Shown here in pieces: positions 30,333-40,547 of a stretch of 64,000 nt of DNA (its first letter is position 1; each line of letters opens with the position of its first letter). The position numbers and the translations under genes are program-made. Under the pieces are notes generated by a model. It was not told the origin of the DNA, ran no database searches, and was given only the letters and a program-made list of their open reading frames with translations. This DNA comes from an uncultured Gammaproteobacteria bacterium (GTDB lineage: Bacteria; Patescibacteriota; Microgenomatia; Levybacterales; GWA1-39-11), in assembly GCA_964641355.1 (NCBI GenBank), contig CAZXND010000001.1, positions 11,869 through 75,868 of the forward strand, in the 5' to 3' direction.

Positions 30333-31610
30333 ATGAAGTTTAAATTTAATCGCATTTTTAAAAATTTGGGACCAGGACTTATAACAGGCGCAGCAGATGA
30401 TGACCCATCAGGAGTAGCAACTTATTCACAAACAGGAGCACAATTTGGACTGGGTCTACTTTGGACAACAATATTTCTATATCCCCTCATGACAGCCGTC
30501 CAAGAAGCATGTGCAAGAATCGGGGCCGTAACCGGTAAAGGAATTGCAGCAACAATTAGAAAACACTATAGTAAAAAAATTTTATTTCCTATAGTAAGCC
30601 TTGTTATTCTTGCAAACACTATTAATATTGGCGCAGATTTGGGTGCGATGGCTTCTGCAATTCAACTTTTAATACCACTACACTTTGCAATAATTGTAAT
30701 ATTTTTTACCATATTAGTACTGGTTCTGGAAATTTTCACTTCTTATGAAACGTATTCTAAAGTTTTGAAGTGGCTTGCACTAACAATTCTTTCTTACCCA
30801 TTAACTCTTTTTGTTATAAACGCAGACTGGAAGGAAATTCTTCTGGCAACGATTACCCCAAGCCTAAGTTTTAATTTTTCTTTTCTTTACTTGGTCACAG
30901 GGGTTATCGGTACAACAATCTCACCTTACATGTTTTTTTGGCAAGCATCAGAAGAAGTCGAGGAAGAAAAAGAAGAAAATCGAATAAAACCGGGGGGAAC
31001 TCCTAGACTTTCTCACCAGTTCTTAAGAAAAATTAGAGAAGATAATGCAATTGGAATGCTTGCATCACAAATTGCTACATGGAGTATTATTATAGTTGCA
31101 GCAACTGTATTAAATAAAAATGGAATAACAGACGTCAAAGATGCAGCAGACGCAGCAAAAGCTCTTGAACCACTTGTTGCTTCCTTTCCAAATGCCGGAT
31201 TTCTCGCAAAATTACTTTTCTCTTTTGGAATAGTTGGGCTTGGCCTTCTGGCAGTACCAGTTCTGGCTGGATCCGCTTCTTATGCATTATCAGAATCTTT
31301 TCATTGGAAAGAAGGACTTTATCTCAAATTAAAACAAGCACATGGGTTTTATGGAGTAATAACCATTTCAACTCTTTTTGGATTATTAATAAACTTTATA
31401 GGGATTGATCCAATAAAAGCATTAATTTTTACTGCAGTATTCAATGGTATCGCATCTATTCCATTGCTTTTTTTGATTGCTAAGATTTCTTCAAATGGAA
31501 AAATTATGGGAGAAAATAAAAGTGGAAGACTATCAAAAACTCTAATTTGGACAACTTTCTTGGCAATCCTCATTTCAGTTGTCTCGCTTGCTATAACACT
31601 CAACAAGTAG
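30333..31610 (+). CDS. NRAMP-family divalent metal cation transporter
   Basis: [28 protein letters not shown]-terminal signature; about 11 TM. Confidence 0.8.
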   Translation: MKFKFNRIFKNLGPGLITGAADDDPSGVATYSQTGAQFGLGLLWTTIFLYPLMTAVQEACARIGAVTGKGIAATIRKHYSKKILFPIVSLVILANTINIGADLGAMASAIQLLIPLHFAIIVIFFTILVLVLEIFTSYETYSKVLKWLALTILSYPLTLFVINADWKEILLATITPSLSFNFSFLYLVTGVIGTTISPYMFFWQASEEVEEEKEENRIKPGGTPRLSHQFLRKIREDNAIGMLASQIATWSIIIVAATVLNKNGITDVKDAADAAKALEPLVASFPNAGFLAKLLFSFGIVGLGLLAVPVLAGSASYALSESFHWKEGLYLKLKQAHGFYGVITISTLFGLLINFIGIDPIKALIFTAVFNGIASIPLLFLIAKISSNGKIMGENKSGRLSKTLIWTTFLAILISVVSLAITLNK

Positions 31611-31615
31611 ATTAA

Positions 31616-32047
31616 TCAATTACCACAAACTACCTTACAAAAAACATTGGTAGAACTTTTAGACCCTTCTTGAATTGACTGTAAATCTTGAATAATTTTT
31701 TGGATTGCAGCTTGGGAGGAAGTAACATTTTCTTCTGTGATTTTCTGTAAATTCTCCGCAGCATTCTTAATTACACTCTCAACATCTTTTTTCGTAGGAA
31801 TTTTGGGAGTAGGTTCATATTCCATTTGATCTGCTGCAGATAAAACGTCTTGACTATCTTCTATTGGTGAAAAGTAACGAAATATTAATACACCGACAAG
31901 GAAAAAAGTACCTACTAAAGTCAGCATTATAAGAATTCTTTTTTTACTCCAAACTTCCTCTACCAATTCTCCATCTATCACGTCTCTTTCTTCTGTTATC
32001 TTTAATTTTCTTGTACTTTTAGGCTTTCCTCTTTTTCCTCCAAACAT
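31616..32047 (-). CDS. Membrane-anchored hypothetical protein
   Basis: Basic N-terminus plus a single TM; no recognisable domain. Confidence 0.35.
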   Translation of the reverse strand: MFGGKRGKPKSTRKLKITEERDVIDGELVEEVWSKKRILIMLTLVGTFFLVGVLIFRYFSPIEDSQDVLSAADQMEYEPTPKIPTKKDVESVIKNAAENLQKITEENVTSSQAAIQKIIQDLQSIQEGSKSSTNVFCKVVCGN

Positions 32048-33873
32048 TAAATGTGCCTCCTAACTTCATTCACGATCGCGTCTGAGTCAATCTCCAAAAT
32101 TTTCATTAACTCTTCTCCAGATCCTGACCTAGGAACTTCCCTAACAGCCATTCTTTTAATCTCTACCTTTCCTGATAATTCAGATGCCACCATACTTCCC
32201 AAACCTCCATCTATATAGTGGTCTTCAACTGTAATAATTATTTTTTTTTGAATCTTTTCAATACAGTTATTTATAGTTAAAACATCAAGAGGTTTTATAG
32301 AATATGCGTCAACAATCGAAATATTAATATTTAATTCTAACAACTTTTCATAAGCTTTTAATGCCTCTTCCACGCATATTCCCGTTGCAACAACAAGAAG
32401 TAAATCTTTATCAGAACTCCTTAAAACTTTTGAACCACCAATTCTGAAACTATTTGCTTCTTCATATATTACCTTCGTTTTCGGCCTTAAAGTTCTAAAA
32501 TACCCAACACCTGATATCTTCATAAACTCATCAACTAATCCAATACAAGAATTTGCATCTGACGGCTGAATAACAACAGAACCAGGTATTGATGTGAACA
32601 TCGCAATGTCTTCCAAAGCCATCTGACTTGGACCGTCTTCACCAACCGAAACCCCGGCATGAGAACCGTTGAATTTTATACCAACTTTTGAAATATTTGC
32701 CATTCTTATTTGATCAAACGACCTTGTTAAAAAAGCGCCAAAACTTGAAACCAGCGGAACCTTACCAAGACATGCAAATCCTAAGGCAGATGAGACCATA
32801 TTTTGTTCTGCAATAAAACATTCGACGAAGTTATCAGGATATTTTTCTTTAAAACCGTTTGTAGAAGTTGAATTTCCCACATCACCATCAAACACATAAA
32901 TTTCATCACAGTTTAAAATTGCTTTTCCAAAAGAGTCCCTAGTGGCTATCTCTTCTCCAACTTTAAATAATGGTAATTTTTCACTTTTGTGATCTTTTTT
33001 TTCTTTAATTTTCCTAGAAGAAATATCTTTTAAGTTGAAGAGGATAGAATTGTCGGAAATAATAGATTTATCAACTTTTAACTCAAGTAGAGCTTTTTCC
33101 AACTCATCTTCTTTAAGAGGTTTCCCATGAAACCCCATTTTTCCTTCGAGAAAGGATATACCCTTACCTTTTATAGTATTTGCAATAATAATCGTTGGTT
33201 TACCATTTCTTGCACCTACTGCTTCTGATAAAGCCTTATCAACCGCAAAAGGATTATTACCATCAATAACAATTGTATTTGCTCCATGTGCAAAAAAAAT
33301 GTTTTCATAATTATTTGCATTGTCAAACATTGTGGGTCCTGTCTGTCCTAATTTATTAACGTCGACAAACCCAACTAAGTTATCCAACTTGTAGTAAGAA
33401 GCAAAATTCACAGCCTCATAAACTTGCCCCTCTGCAATCTCACCGTCCCCCATTAATACAAATATATGGTTGTCTATATTCTCTTTCTTGGAAAGTAAAG
33501 CCATTCCAGCACCAATAGACAATCCTTGCCCCAAAGAACCTGTAGCCACGGGAGCATACTTAAAATTTGAAGAAGGGTGTCCTTCAAAAGGGTTTCCATA
33601 TTTTCTCAACTTTAATAGATCTGCTCTTGAATAAGCTCCGGCAAGAGAAAAAGCACTATAAAGAAGAGGAGCGGCGTGACCCTTTGAAAAAATAATTCTA
33701 TCGTTTCTTATATCATTTGGATTCAATAAATCGAAAGAAAAATATTTATCAAATAAAACAGCTGTCATATCGGCAGCCGACAAACAAGATGTTGGGTGAC
33801 CTGAGCCAGCCTTAGAAGTAGAAATGAGACTTAAAGCACGAAGCACACTAGCCTTATAATAAAGCTCTTCCAT
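32047..33873 (-). CDS. tkt: Transketolase
   Basis: GHPTSCLSAADMTAVLF, GDGEIAEGQVYEA TPP motifs. Confidence 0.9.
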   Translation of the reverse strand: MEELYYKASVLRALSLISTSKAGSGHPTSCLSAADMTAVLFDKYFSFDLLNPNDIRNDRIIFSKGHAAPLLYSAFSLAGAYSRADLLKLRKYGNPFEGHPSSNFKYAPVATGSLGQGLSIGAGMALLSKKENIDNHIFVLMGDGEIAEGQVYEAVNFASYYKLDNLVGFVDVNKLGQTGPTMFDNANNYENIFFAHGANTIVIDGNNPFAVDKALSEAVGARNGKPTIIIANTIKGKGISFLEGKMGFHGKPLKEDELEKALLELKVDKSIISDNSILFNLKDISSRKIKEKKDHKSEKLPLFKVGEEIATRDSFGKAILNCDEIYVFDGDVGNSTSTNGFKEKYPDNFVECFIAEQNMVSSALGFACLGKVPLVSSFGAFLTRSFDQIRMANISKVGIKFNGSHAGVSVGEDGPSQMALEDIAMFTSIPGSVVIQPSDANSCIGLVDEFMKISGVGYFRTLRPKTKVIYEEANSFRIGGSKVLRSSDKDLLLVVATGICVEEALKAYEKLLELNINISIVDAYSIKPLDVLTINNCIEKIQKKIIITVEDHYIDGGLGSMVASELSGKVEIKRMAVREVPRSGSGEELMKILEIDSDAIVNEVRRHI

Positions 33874-33916
33874 AACTCCATTATGAAACTAACTCCTTAT
33901 TTCGTCAATCAAAGAA

Positions 33917-34261
33917 GTGTATAATATTTGTATGAACATTAAAAACCTACAAGATAAAATAGAAGAACTTAGTCAAAAAACAAAACCACATTACAAATTG
34001 TATTCCCAAAAAGAAAAAGAAATTTTAACAAAAACAGTCAAGCTAAACGAAGAAGTTGGAGAATTATGCAATGATATTCTTTCTATTCTAAGACTGCAAA
34101 GAAGGGCGAAGCTTGAAAAGTTTGATAAAAGAAACGTTTATCAGGAATTTGCAGATGTAATAATTACAACAATTCAACTCGCAGGTGCTGCTGGAGTGGA
34201 TTTAGAAAGAGCAATAAATGACAAACTTAAAGTTATAGAAAAAAGAAATAAAATTGTCTAA
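33917..34261 (+). CDS. MazG-like nucleotide pyrophosphohydrolase domain protein
   Basis: About 110 aa all-alpha; EEVGELCNDI ... EFADVIITTIQLA pattern. Confidence 0.55.
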   Translation: MYNICMNIKNLQDKIEELSQKTKPHYKLYSQKEKEILTKTVKLNEEVGELCNDILSILRLQRRAKLEKFDKRNVYQEFADVIITTIQLAGAAGVDLERAINDKLKVIEKRNKIV

Positions 34262-34806
34262 GCAATTAACTTTTTCAAACTTCTAAAATCCTTTATAAAT
34301 AACTTTTTAATTTTTTGGAAACGAATTGCTGCCGAAGGGTGAAAAGACAGGAAGTACTTCCTCTGATCTTTTACTATTATCTGTCCGTGCATTTTACTAA
34401 TCGGTATCTTCTCTTCAAGTATAGCAATACATGCAACATTTCCAAGTAAGACGATAATTTTAGGATTGATGACGGATAGCTGTTTATCGAGATGAATTTT
34501 TCCGTGCTCAATATCTGCCATTGTGGGCGTCACATAGTCAGGAAGATATTTTACTGGACTTGTTATAAATACATCCTGATCTTTTAACCCAACTTCTTTT
34601 ATTTGCTCTCGAAGAAATTTTCCTGAACGCCCTATAAAAGGTCTTCCCGTAGCTGCTTCATTCCTACCCGGAGCCTCGCCTAAAAAGACTATGTCGGCAT
34701 CTGAATTCCCCTCACCGGGAACGGCCTTCCCACTTTTTTTTATCTTACACACCTTACAATTTTCAATCTCTCTTGCGATCTCTTCTAACTTCTTACCCTT
34801 ATCCAT
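34258..34806 (-). CDS. udg: Uracil-DNA glycosylase, family 4
   Basis: CKVCK...PGEGNSDADIVFLGEAPGRNEAATGRPFIGRSGKFL signature. Confidence 0.85.
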   Translation of the reverse strand: MDKGKKLEEIAREIENCKVCKIKKSGKAVPGEGNSDADIVFLGEAPGRNEAATGRPFIGRSGKFLREQIKEVGLKDQDVFITSPVKYLPDYVTPTMADIEHGKIHLDKQLSVINPKIIVLLGNVACIAILEEKIPISKMHGQIIVKDQRKYFLSFHPSAAIRFQKIKKLFIKDFRSLKKLIA

Positions 34807-34831
34807 CCGTTTATATTAACACAAGTAAAAC

Positions 34832-35215
34832 TTATACACCCTTCTTAAGTTGAACTAACTGAAAATAGTTTCCGTCGGGATCTTCGAATGTAGCGATTAA
34901 CCCATATCCCTCAACATGATACAAATCTTGTATTTTTTTTACACCAAATTCATCAAATTTTTTAACCTCATCTTCTATATTCTCAACCTCAAAATTTAAA
35001 ATAATTCTCTCAGGTTGTAAACTTTTTCCATGTAAATCTTGATGTCTTGTTATATATAAAGTTGTTCCTTTACCAAATTCGAAACCAAAAAGATCATCAC
35101 CTTGACCCAACTCAGCTTCAATAGTCATCTTAAGACCTACCTTATCCTTATAAAAATTTGCTAAAACTTTTGGATTTTCACTGAAAATTCCTAGACTATC
35201 TATCCCCTTAATCAT
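34832..35215 (-). CDS. VOC/glyoxalase-family protein
   Basis: 127 aa; paired beta-alpha-beta-beta-beta modules with glyoxalase-like composition. Confidence 0.55.
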   Translation of the reverse strand: MIKGIDSLGIFSENPKVLANFYKDKVGLKMTIEAELGQGDDLFGFEFGKGTTLYITRHQDLHGKSLQPERIILNFEVENIEDEVKKFDEFGVKKIQDLYHVEGYGLIATFEDPDGNYFQLVQLKKGV

Positions 35216-35285
35216 GAACCTCCCTTCTCAACAAAATATTTGCATTTTACCTTTATAAAAGGTACAAAAAAACTAAATTCCCCTA

Positions 35286-35627
35286 CTATACTAATAAATC
35301 AGGCTTTGTCGACTTAATATCTTCACGTATTTTTTCCTTAAGATCTTCTGCTGTTTTTTTTATTTTTTCTTCTATTTTTTCAATTCTTTGATTAAGATGA
35401 TTCCAAACCTCATCATTTCTACCAGAAAATACATGATCCAAAAAAACCTTCTTATCATCTTCAGAAAGCTCTGATAAGATAGCATCAAGAATTGTGTGAT
35501 GCAGACTTGAATTAATAAGCTTTTTTATTTGTTCTTTTTCTTCTTCCGACATAGATAAATCATCTATCTCAAGATAAAAAGAATCCATCTCTACTATCTC
35601 TGAATAAAAATGATTTGATTTTGACAT
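35286..35627 (-). CDS. Acidic hypothetical protein
   Basis: ORF only. Confidence 0.35.
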   Translation of the reverse strand: MSKSNHFYSEIVEMDSFYLEIDDLSMSEEEKEQIKKLINSSLHHTILDAILSELSEDDKKVFLDHVFSGRNDEVWNHLNQRIEKIEEKIKKTAEDLKEKIREDIKSTKPDLLV

Positions 35628-35650
35628 ATCTAAATATTAAAACCCATCTA

Positions 35651-36568
35651 TTACTCCGCGTCAATCGGACCCAAAGGAATGGTATTATTCGGATCATCTA
35701 TAAAAAAATACAAAACTGGTCCGCGAGCAGCACCATCTTGTCTTTCAAGGTATTTCATTACCTCAGGTGATCCACCAAGATGCTTGCCAGTCCATTCAGC
35801 TGGACCAGCATCACCAATAACAACTACCATTGCTTTTCCATTCTGAGGATTAATTATTAACATTTTTCTGAATCCTAAAAAATCTATATATTCTCTTAAA
35901 TGCTCTCTATATCCGGGAGACAAAAATGACTGTACGGCTATATAATATTTTTCTCTTTCTGTCGCAATTTTTATTTTTTCTTCAGAACTCATATCCGCTG
36001 GGAGTCTATTAACGAAATAACCCCAACCTCCAAGTCCAGGAGCCATCCCGGAACTAAAATATCTTTCTCTATCATCAGAGTTATCAAAATGAACGTCCAT
36101 AGTATCTCCTTGATATCTTGCTAGGTGTTGCTCTGCCCCAATAATACCGTATGTCCTATTAAGCCTTTTACCTTCAATCTCTGCTCTAATTTTCATTCCA
36201 AAATTTCTTGACAAAATTTCTTCAATATTTTTCTCCTCCTCATGATTCAGAGCTCTAAAATCGTTTGGCAAAGAGTTATTAAGATCTGAAATTAAAAAAA
36301 CCTTCTTATCAAGATTTACATATTCTGAAACTTCTGTTTTTTTTGGTGCTGACAAAAGCTGCTCTGCGGCAGGAAGCGTTGGAACGGCAGTAGGTGCAGT
36401 CAAAAGCATGGCACTAGACAAACCAGTAAGTGCTAAATGTTTCGTATTATTTACTGCCCAAGAAATTGCCTCTTTATGCTTTTCGTAAAGTTTATCCTGT
36501 ATCTGACGATGTCTCTCTCCTAATCTTTGTTTTAGTATCTCAAATTGTGAATTATTGTCATTAGACAT
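35651..36568 (-). CDS. Membrane-anchored hypothetical protein (extracytoplasmic C-terminal domain)
   Basis: Single TM near the N-terminus; conserved-looking VVVIGDAGPAEWTGKHLGGSPEVM segment. Confidence 0.4.
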   Translation of the reverse strand: MSNDNNSQFEILKQRLGERHRQIQDKLYEKHKEAISWAVNNTKHLALTGLSSAMLLTAPTAVPTLPAAEQLLSAPKKTEVSEYVNLDKKVFLISDLNNSLPNDFRALNHEEEKNIEEILSRNFGMKIRAEIEGKRLNRTYGIIGAEQHLARYQGDTMDVHFDNSDDRERYFSSGMAPGLGGWGYFVNRLPADMSSEEKIKIATEREKYYIAVQSFLSPGYREHLREYIDFLGFRKMLIINPQNGKAMVVVIGDAGPAEWTGKHLGGSPEVMKYLERQDGAARGPVLYFFIDDPNNTIPLGPIDAE

Positions 36569-36670
36569 TGTAATTAGAATAGCATCTTGTATCTCATTTT
36601 TTCAAACAATTAATTAAGATCGAAAAAAACAATCTTAAAAAAGTTAAATTCTTAGATAGCTAACTTTTCT

Positions 36671-37315
36671 TTAATTTAGAACGATGTGCAATCGAGCTTG
36701 ATTAAGTATAGCTGGAGCACCTAATTGAGTGATCATCTGTACTTGATATTGTTTGTTTCCAGGAGCCAGGGTTATTGGATTTGAAATTAGATATTGTGGC
36801 TCACCACCTGATATCTGCATTTCTGAATTCCATACAACATAACCATCTGTCACATCAAGGAGTTGCACGCCTGCAGTTTCATTTCCTGTTGGAATATACA
36901 TCGATACCTCAAAATTGATCTGCTTTATATTTGGATAATTACTGGGATTAATTGTAGCAGTTAGTCCGGTGACATTACTCCAAGTAGTAGAGGTGCTTTG
37001 CCCAGAACCAAAGGTAACATAATAATCTTTAACTTGCGAATCAATAACCGTCTCGTCTGCTTGCGATAAATCATCTTCTTGCACTTTTGAAACAGCTTCG
37101 TTAATTTCTGAAATACAAGAAGTGGGACAAATAGAATCTGATGAGAGTTTATCCTTTTCTGCAGATTTAATTATCGTTATTATCTTTGGAGGTATAAGAA
37201 AAATTCGATAATCTAGATAAATTATGTTCATTGTTAAAAGAAGAATGAATAAAGAAAAAAAAGGCTTAAACAATCTATGATGGTGAACCTCCATTACTTT
37301 TTGTGAGGGAGTCAT
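36671..37315 (-). CDS. Membrane-anchored beta-rich hypothetical protein
   Basis: N-terminal TM; S/T/N/Q-rich ectodomain. Confidence 0.35.
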   Translation of the reverse strand: MTPSQKVMEVHHHRLFKPFFSLFILLLTMNIIYLDYRIFLIPPKIITIIKSAEKDKLSSDSICPTSCISEINEAVSKVQEDDLSQADETVIDSQVKDYYVTFGSGQSTSTTWSNVTGLTATINPSNYPNIKQINFEVSMYIPTGNETAGVQLLDVTDGYVVWNSEMQISGGEPQYLISNPITLAPGNKQYQVQMITQLGAPAILNQARLHIVLN

Positions 37316-37425
37316 TTAATTAGTATTACAGTCAAATAATTTATTGTCAATTAAATAAAAACTGGCTTCCTAAACACTTGCAAGCTCTTAAGGATGAATT
37401 AATATGAATAAAAAAAGCATTAAGC

Positions 37426-40125
37426 TCAATTCGGATAGTGACATTTTTTATATTTTTTACCAGAACCACACCAACAAGGATCATTTCTACCTAGTTTCTG
37501 TGAAGTATTAGCTCCTGTATCTACTATCGAATTTGGCGCATCAACTCTTTTTGCCGCTGCCTCCCCAATTTCTACTTCCGGTTGGTTAAGAAACACTCTC
37601 TTTGGCTCTTCATCATTAACTCCTTGTTGAATATTTACTTTGAAAAATCTTGTAATAATCATGTCATCAATTGAACTAATAAGTCTCTCAAAAATCCCGA
37701 ATGCTTCATTTTTATATTCAATTAACGGGTCACGTTGACCATAACCACGAAGTCTTATTCCAGTTCTCAAATCTTCCATCGAAGTTAAATGATCCATCCA
37801 TAAATTATCAATTGCTGAAAGAGAAATAACTTTTGCGATATGATTTAATACTTCTTTCCCAAACTCTTTTTTCCTAGAAGCTTCTATATCAACAGCTATT
37901 TTGTAAAGGAATTCTGTAATTTCCTGACGAGATTTAATTTGTTCAATTTGTTTTTTTATTTGTTCTAACGAATTTCCATCAAATGGAATAATATTTGAAA
38001 AATTATTAACGATTTCTTCTGAAGCATTTCCCTGATCTGTTTCAAATGCAAAATCTACAATTCTACTTGTTTCATCTTTCACCTTTGTCAAAACAAAATT
38101 AGTAGAATCATCTGTCTCGATCACTGATTGTCTTATTTTATAAATAATTTCTCTTTGTTTATTCAAAACATCATCATAGTCAAGAAGACTTTTTCGTGCT
38201 TCAAAATTAAATCCTTCTACTTTTATTTGCGCTTGTGTAATCACTCTTGTTACCAGTGGGTGAGAAAGAGGCTGATCTTCGGGAAAATTAAAGCGCGTCA
38301 TAAGTCCAGCAATCTGTTCTCCGCCAAAGATCCTCATAAGATCGTCCTCCAGGGAAATTATAAAAACGGATCCTCCGGAATCCCCTTGTCGACCAGATCT
38401 ACCTCTTAATTGATTATCTATTCTTCTAGACTCGTGCTTTTCTGTGCCGATTACCAAAAGTCCCCCAGCATTTTTAACTTCTTCATGTTCTTTCTTCCAA
38501 GATTCATATTCCTTCTCATATATCTTTCTTCCTTTTTCGCTTTGATATTCAACGGAAAACCTAGAAGGAGGTTGTCCTCCGAGAATAATATCGACACCTC
38601 TTCCTGCCATATTCGTAGCAACAGTTACTGCTCCTAGTCTTCCTGCGTCCTTAATAATCAGTGCCTCCCTCTCATGATTTTTTGCGTTTAATACTTCGTG
38701 AGGAATCTTCTTTCTTTTAAGAAGTGAAGAAATTATTTCATTTTTCTGGATAGATGTCGTGCCCACCAATACTGGCTGTCCTTTGTAGTGCGCTTCTTCA
38801 ATTTCAGTAACAATCGCAGATATTTTTGATGCTGTCGTCTTATAAATCTGGTCAGTCTTATCAATCCTAACCATTGGTTTATTAGTAGGAATTGCAACTA
38901 CGTCAAGATTGTATATTTTGTGGAATTCTTCTGCTTCTGTCATTGCTGTTCCAGTCATTCCAGAAAGTTTTTCATACATTCTGAAATAGTTTTGAAGAGA
39001 AATAGTAGCCAAAGTTTTCGACTCTTGCTGAATAGGAACGTTTTCCTTAGCTTCAATTGCCTGGTGAAGACCTTCAGATAATCTTCTACCCTCAAGAAGT
39101 CTTCCAGTAAACTCATCGACTAAAATTACCTGATTATCTCTGACTATATAATCGCGATCCTTATGGAATAGTGTTCTTGCTTTTAAAGCAGCTTCAATGT
39201 GGTAAACGGTATCAAAATCCTTTTCGTAGACATCTTTTATTCCAAATAAACTTTCTATCTTGGAAATCCCATGTTCTGTTAAATGTGCTGTTCGCAATTT
39301 TTCATCTATTTTATAATCTAATTCTCCAGATAATTTATCTATCACTCTTGCGTAATCATAGTATTTGTTTGAAGGAGTAGAATCTGGCATTGAAATGATA
39401 TGAGGTGTTCTTGCTTCATCAATAAGAACAGAATCAACCTCATCAATAACTGCAAAATAATGACCTCGTATTTGAACGATTTCAGACTTTTCGGAAACCA
39501 TGTTGTCACGAAGATAATCGAAACCGAATTCTGAATTGATTCCATATAAAATATCTGCTTTATAAGCTTCACTTCGCGTTGTAGGTTTTAAATGGATTAA
39601 TCGGTAGTCATTCGCCTCTGTATCTACAAATTCTTCATCGTAAATAAATGATTTTTCAGAGATTATAGACGAAACACTAACACCTAAAAATGATAAAATA
39701 GAACCCATCCAACCAGCATCCCGTCTTGCCAGATAGTCATTTACGGTAACTAAATGAACAGGTTTGCCAGTTAAAGAATGGAGGTAAAGAGCTGGAACAG
39801 CAGACAAAGTTTTTCCTTCTCCTGTTTTTTGTTCTGCAACTTTCCCCTGTGCAAGCGTTATTGCTGCCATAATTTGAACGTCGTGATGACGCTCTCCCAA
39901 AACACGTCTTGCTGCTTCTCGAGTAAGAGCGAACGCTTCCGGTAGAATAGAAAAAAGATCCTCATCCTTTGCTCTCTTTCTAAGTTCTTTAGTCTTTTCC
40001 TTGAAATCAGCATCTTTAAGCTTCTTCATGCCTTCTTCCAGAGAATTTACCTCTTCAACAATAGGAAGAAGTTTTTTAATCTCACCTTGTGTGGAGTCAA
40101 AAAATTTACTTAAAACATTCAACAT
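37426..40125 (-). CDS. secA: Preprotein translocase ATPase SecA
   Basis: DEAD-like motor motifs; C-terminal zinc finger CWCGSGKKYKKCH. Confidence 0.95.
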   Translation of the reverse strand: MLNVLSKFFDSTQGEIKKLLPIVEEVNSLEEGMKKLKDADFKEKTKELRKRAKDEDLFSILPEAFALTREAARRVLGERHHDVQIMAAITLAQGKVAEQKTGEGKTLSAVPALYLHSLTGKPVHLVTVNDYLARRDAGWMGSILSFLGVSVSSIISEKSFIYDEEFVDTEANDYRLIHLKPTTRSEAYKADILYGINSEFGFDYLRDNMVSEKSEIVQIRGHYFAVIDEVDSVLIDEARTPHIISMPDSTPSNKYYDYARVIDKLSGELDYKIDEKLRTAHLTEHGISKIESLFGIKDVYEKDFDTVYHIEAALKARTLFHKDRDYIVRDNQVILVDEFTGRLLEGRRLSEGLHQAIEAKENVPIQQESKTLATISLQNYFRMYEKLSGMTGTAMTEAEEFHKIYNLDVVAIPTNKPMVRIDKTDQIYKTTASKISAIVTEIEEAHYKGQPVLVGTTSIQKNEIISSLLKRKKIPHEVLNAKNHEREALIIKDAGRLGAVTVATNMAGRGVDIILGGQPPSRFSVEYQSEKGRKIYEKEYESWKKEHEEVKNAGGLLVIGTEKHESRRIDNQLRGRSGRQGDSGGSVFIISLEDDLMRIFGGEQIAGLMTRFNFPEDQPLSHPLVTRVITQAQIKVEGFNFEARKSLLDYDDVLNKQREIIYKIRQSVIETDDSTNFVLTKVKDETSRIVDFAFETDQGNASEEIVNNFSNIIPFDGNSLEQIKKQIEQIKSRQEITEFLYKIAVDIEASRKKEFGKEVLNHIAKVISLSAIDNLWMDHLTSMEDLRTGIRLRGYGQRDPLIEYKNEAFGIFERLISSIDDMIITRFFKVNIQQGVNDEEPKRVFLNQPEVEIGEAAAKRVDAPNSIVDTGANTSQKLGRNDPCWCGSGKKYKKCHYPN

Positions 40126-40215
40126 GAAGTATATTTTGGATCAATGGTTTAATACAAAGTTAAACTTTAATTAAACAAGTTTATTTTATCATAATTTGAG
40201 CCTAAACTGAACTTT

Positions 40216-40244
40216 AAAAAACCCCTCACCAAAAGGTGAGGGGT
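40216..40244 (-). terminator. Intrinsic terminator/attenuator in the secA leader
   Basis: Minus strand reads CCCCTCACC-TTTT-GGTGAGGGG followed by TTTTTT. Confidence 0.75.
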
Positions 40245-40308
40245 TGAATACCTATTGATCAATTGGCATTCCGATTATCGGAAACCAATCCTAAAAAGAA
40301 ATCGAGAT

Positions 40309-40353
40309 TTATCTCTTCTTTCTTTTTGCTGCTTTCTTTCTTTTCTTTGCCAT
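40309..40353 (-). CDS. Tiny poly-basic upstream ORF (MAKKRKKAAKRKKR, 14 aa) in the secA leader
   Basis: AAAGGAGGTGA RBS 8 nt upstream of the ATG; TAA stop; TTGACA-like hexamer upstream. Confidence 0.4.
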   Translation of the reverse strand: MAKKRKKAAKRKKR

Positions 40354-40547
40354 GGACAGGTTCACCTCCTTTTTTCTTTTTCAAGAAATGAGATAATATT
40401 ATCGTGAATAAATTTAAAAAGAATGTCAAGAAATTTCATCAGCTTCAAAATTGTTAAATTGTTTTGTCATAACAACAATATTTATAACGTGAAAAGTTTA
40501 CTTTTTTATTACTAATACACTACAAAATGAGGCTAATCTAAAATTAA

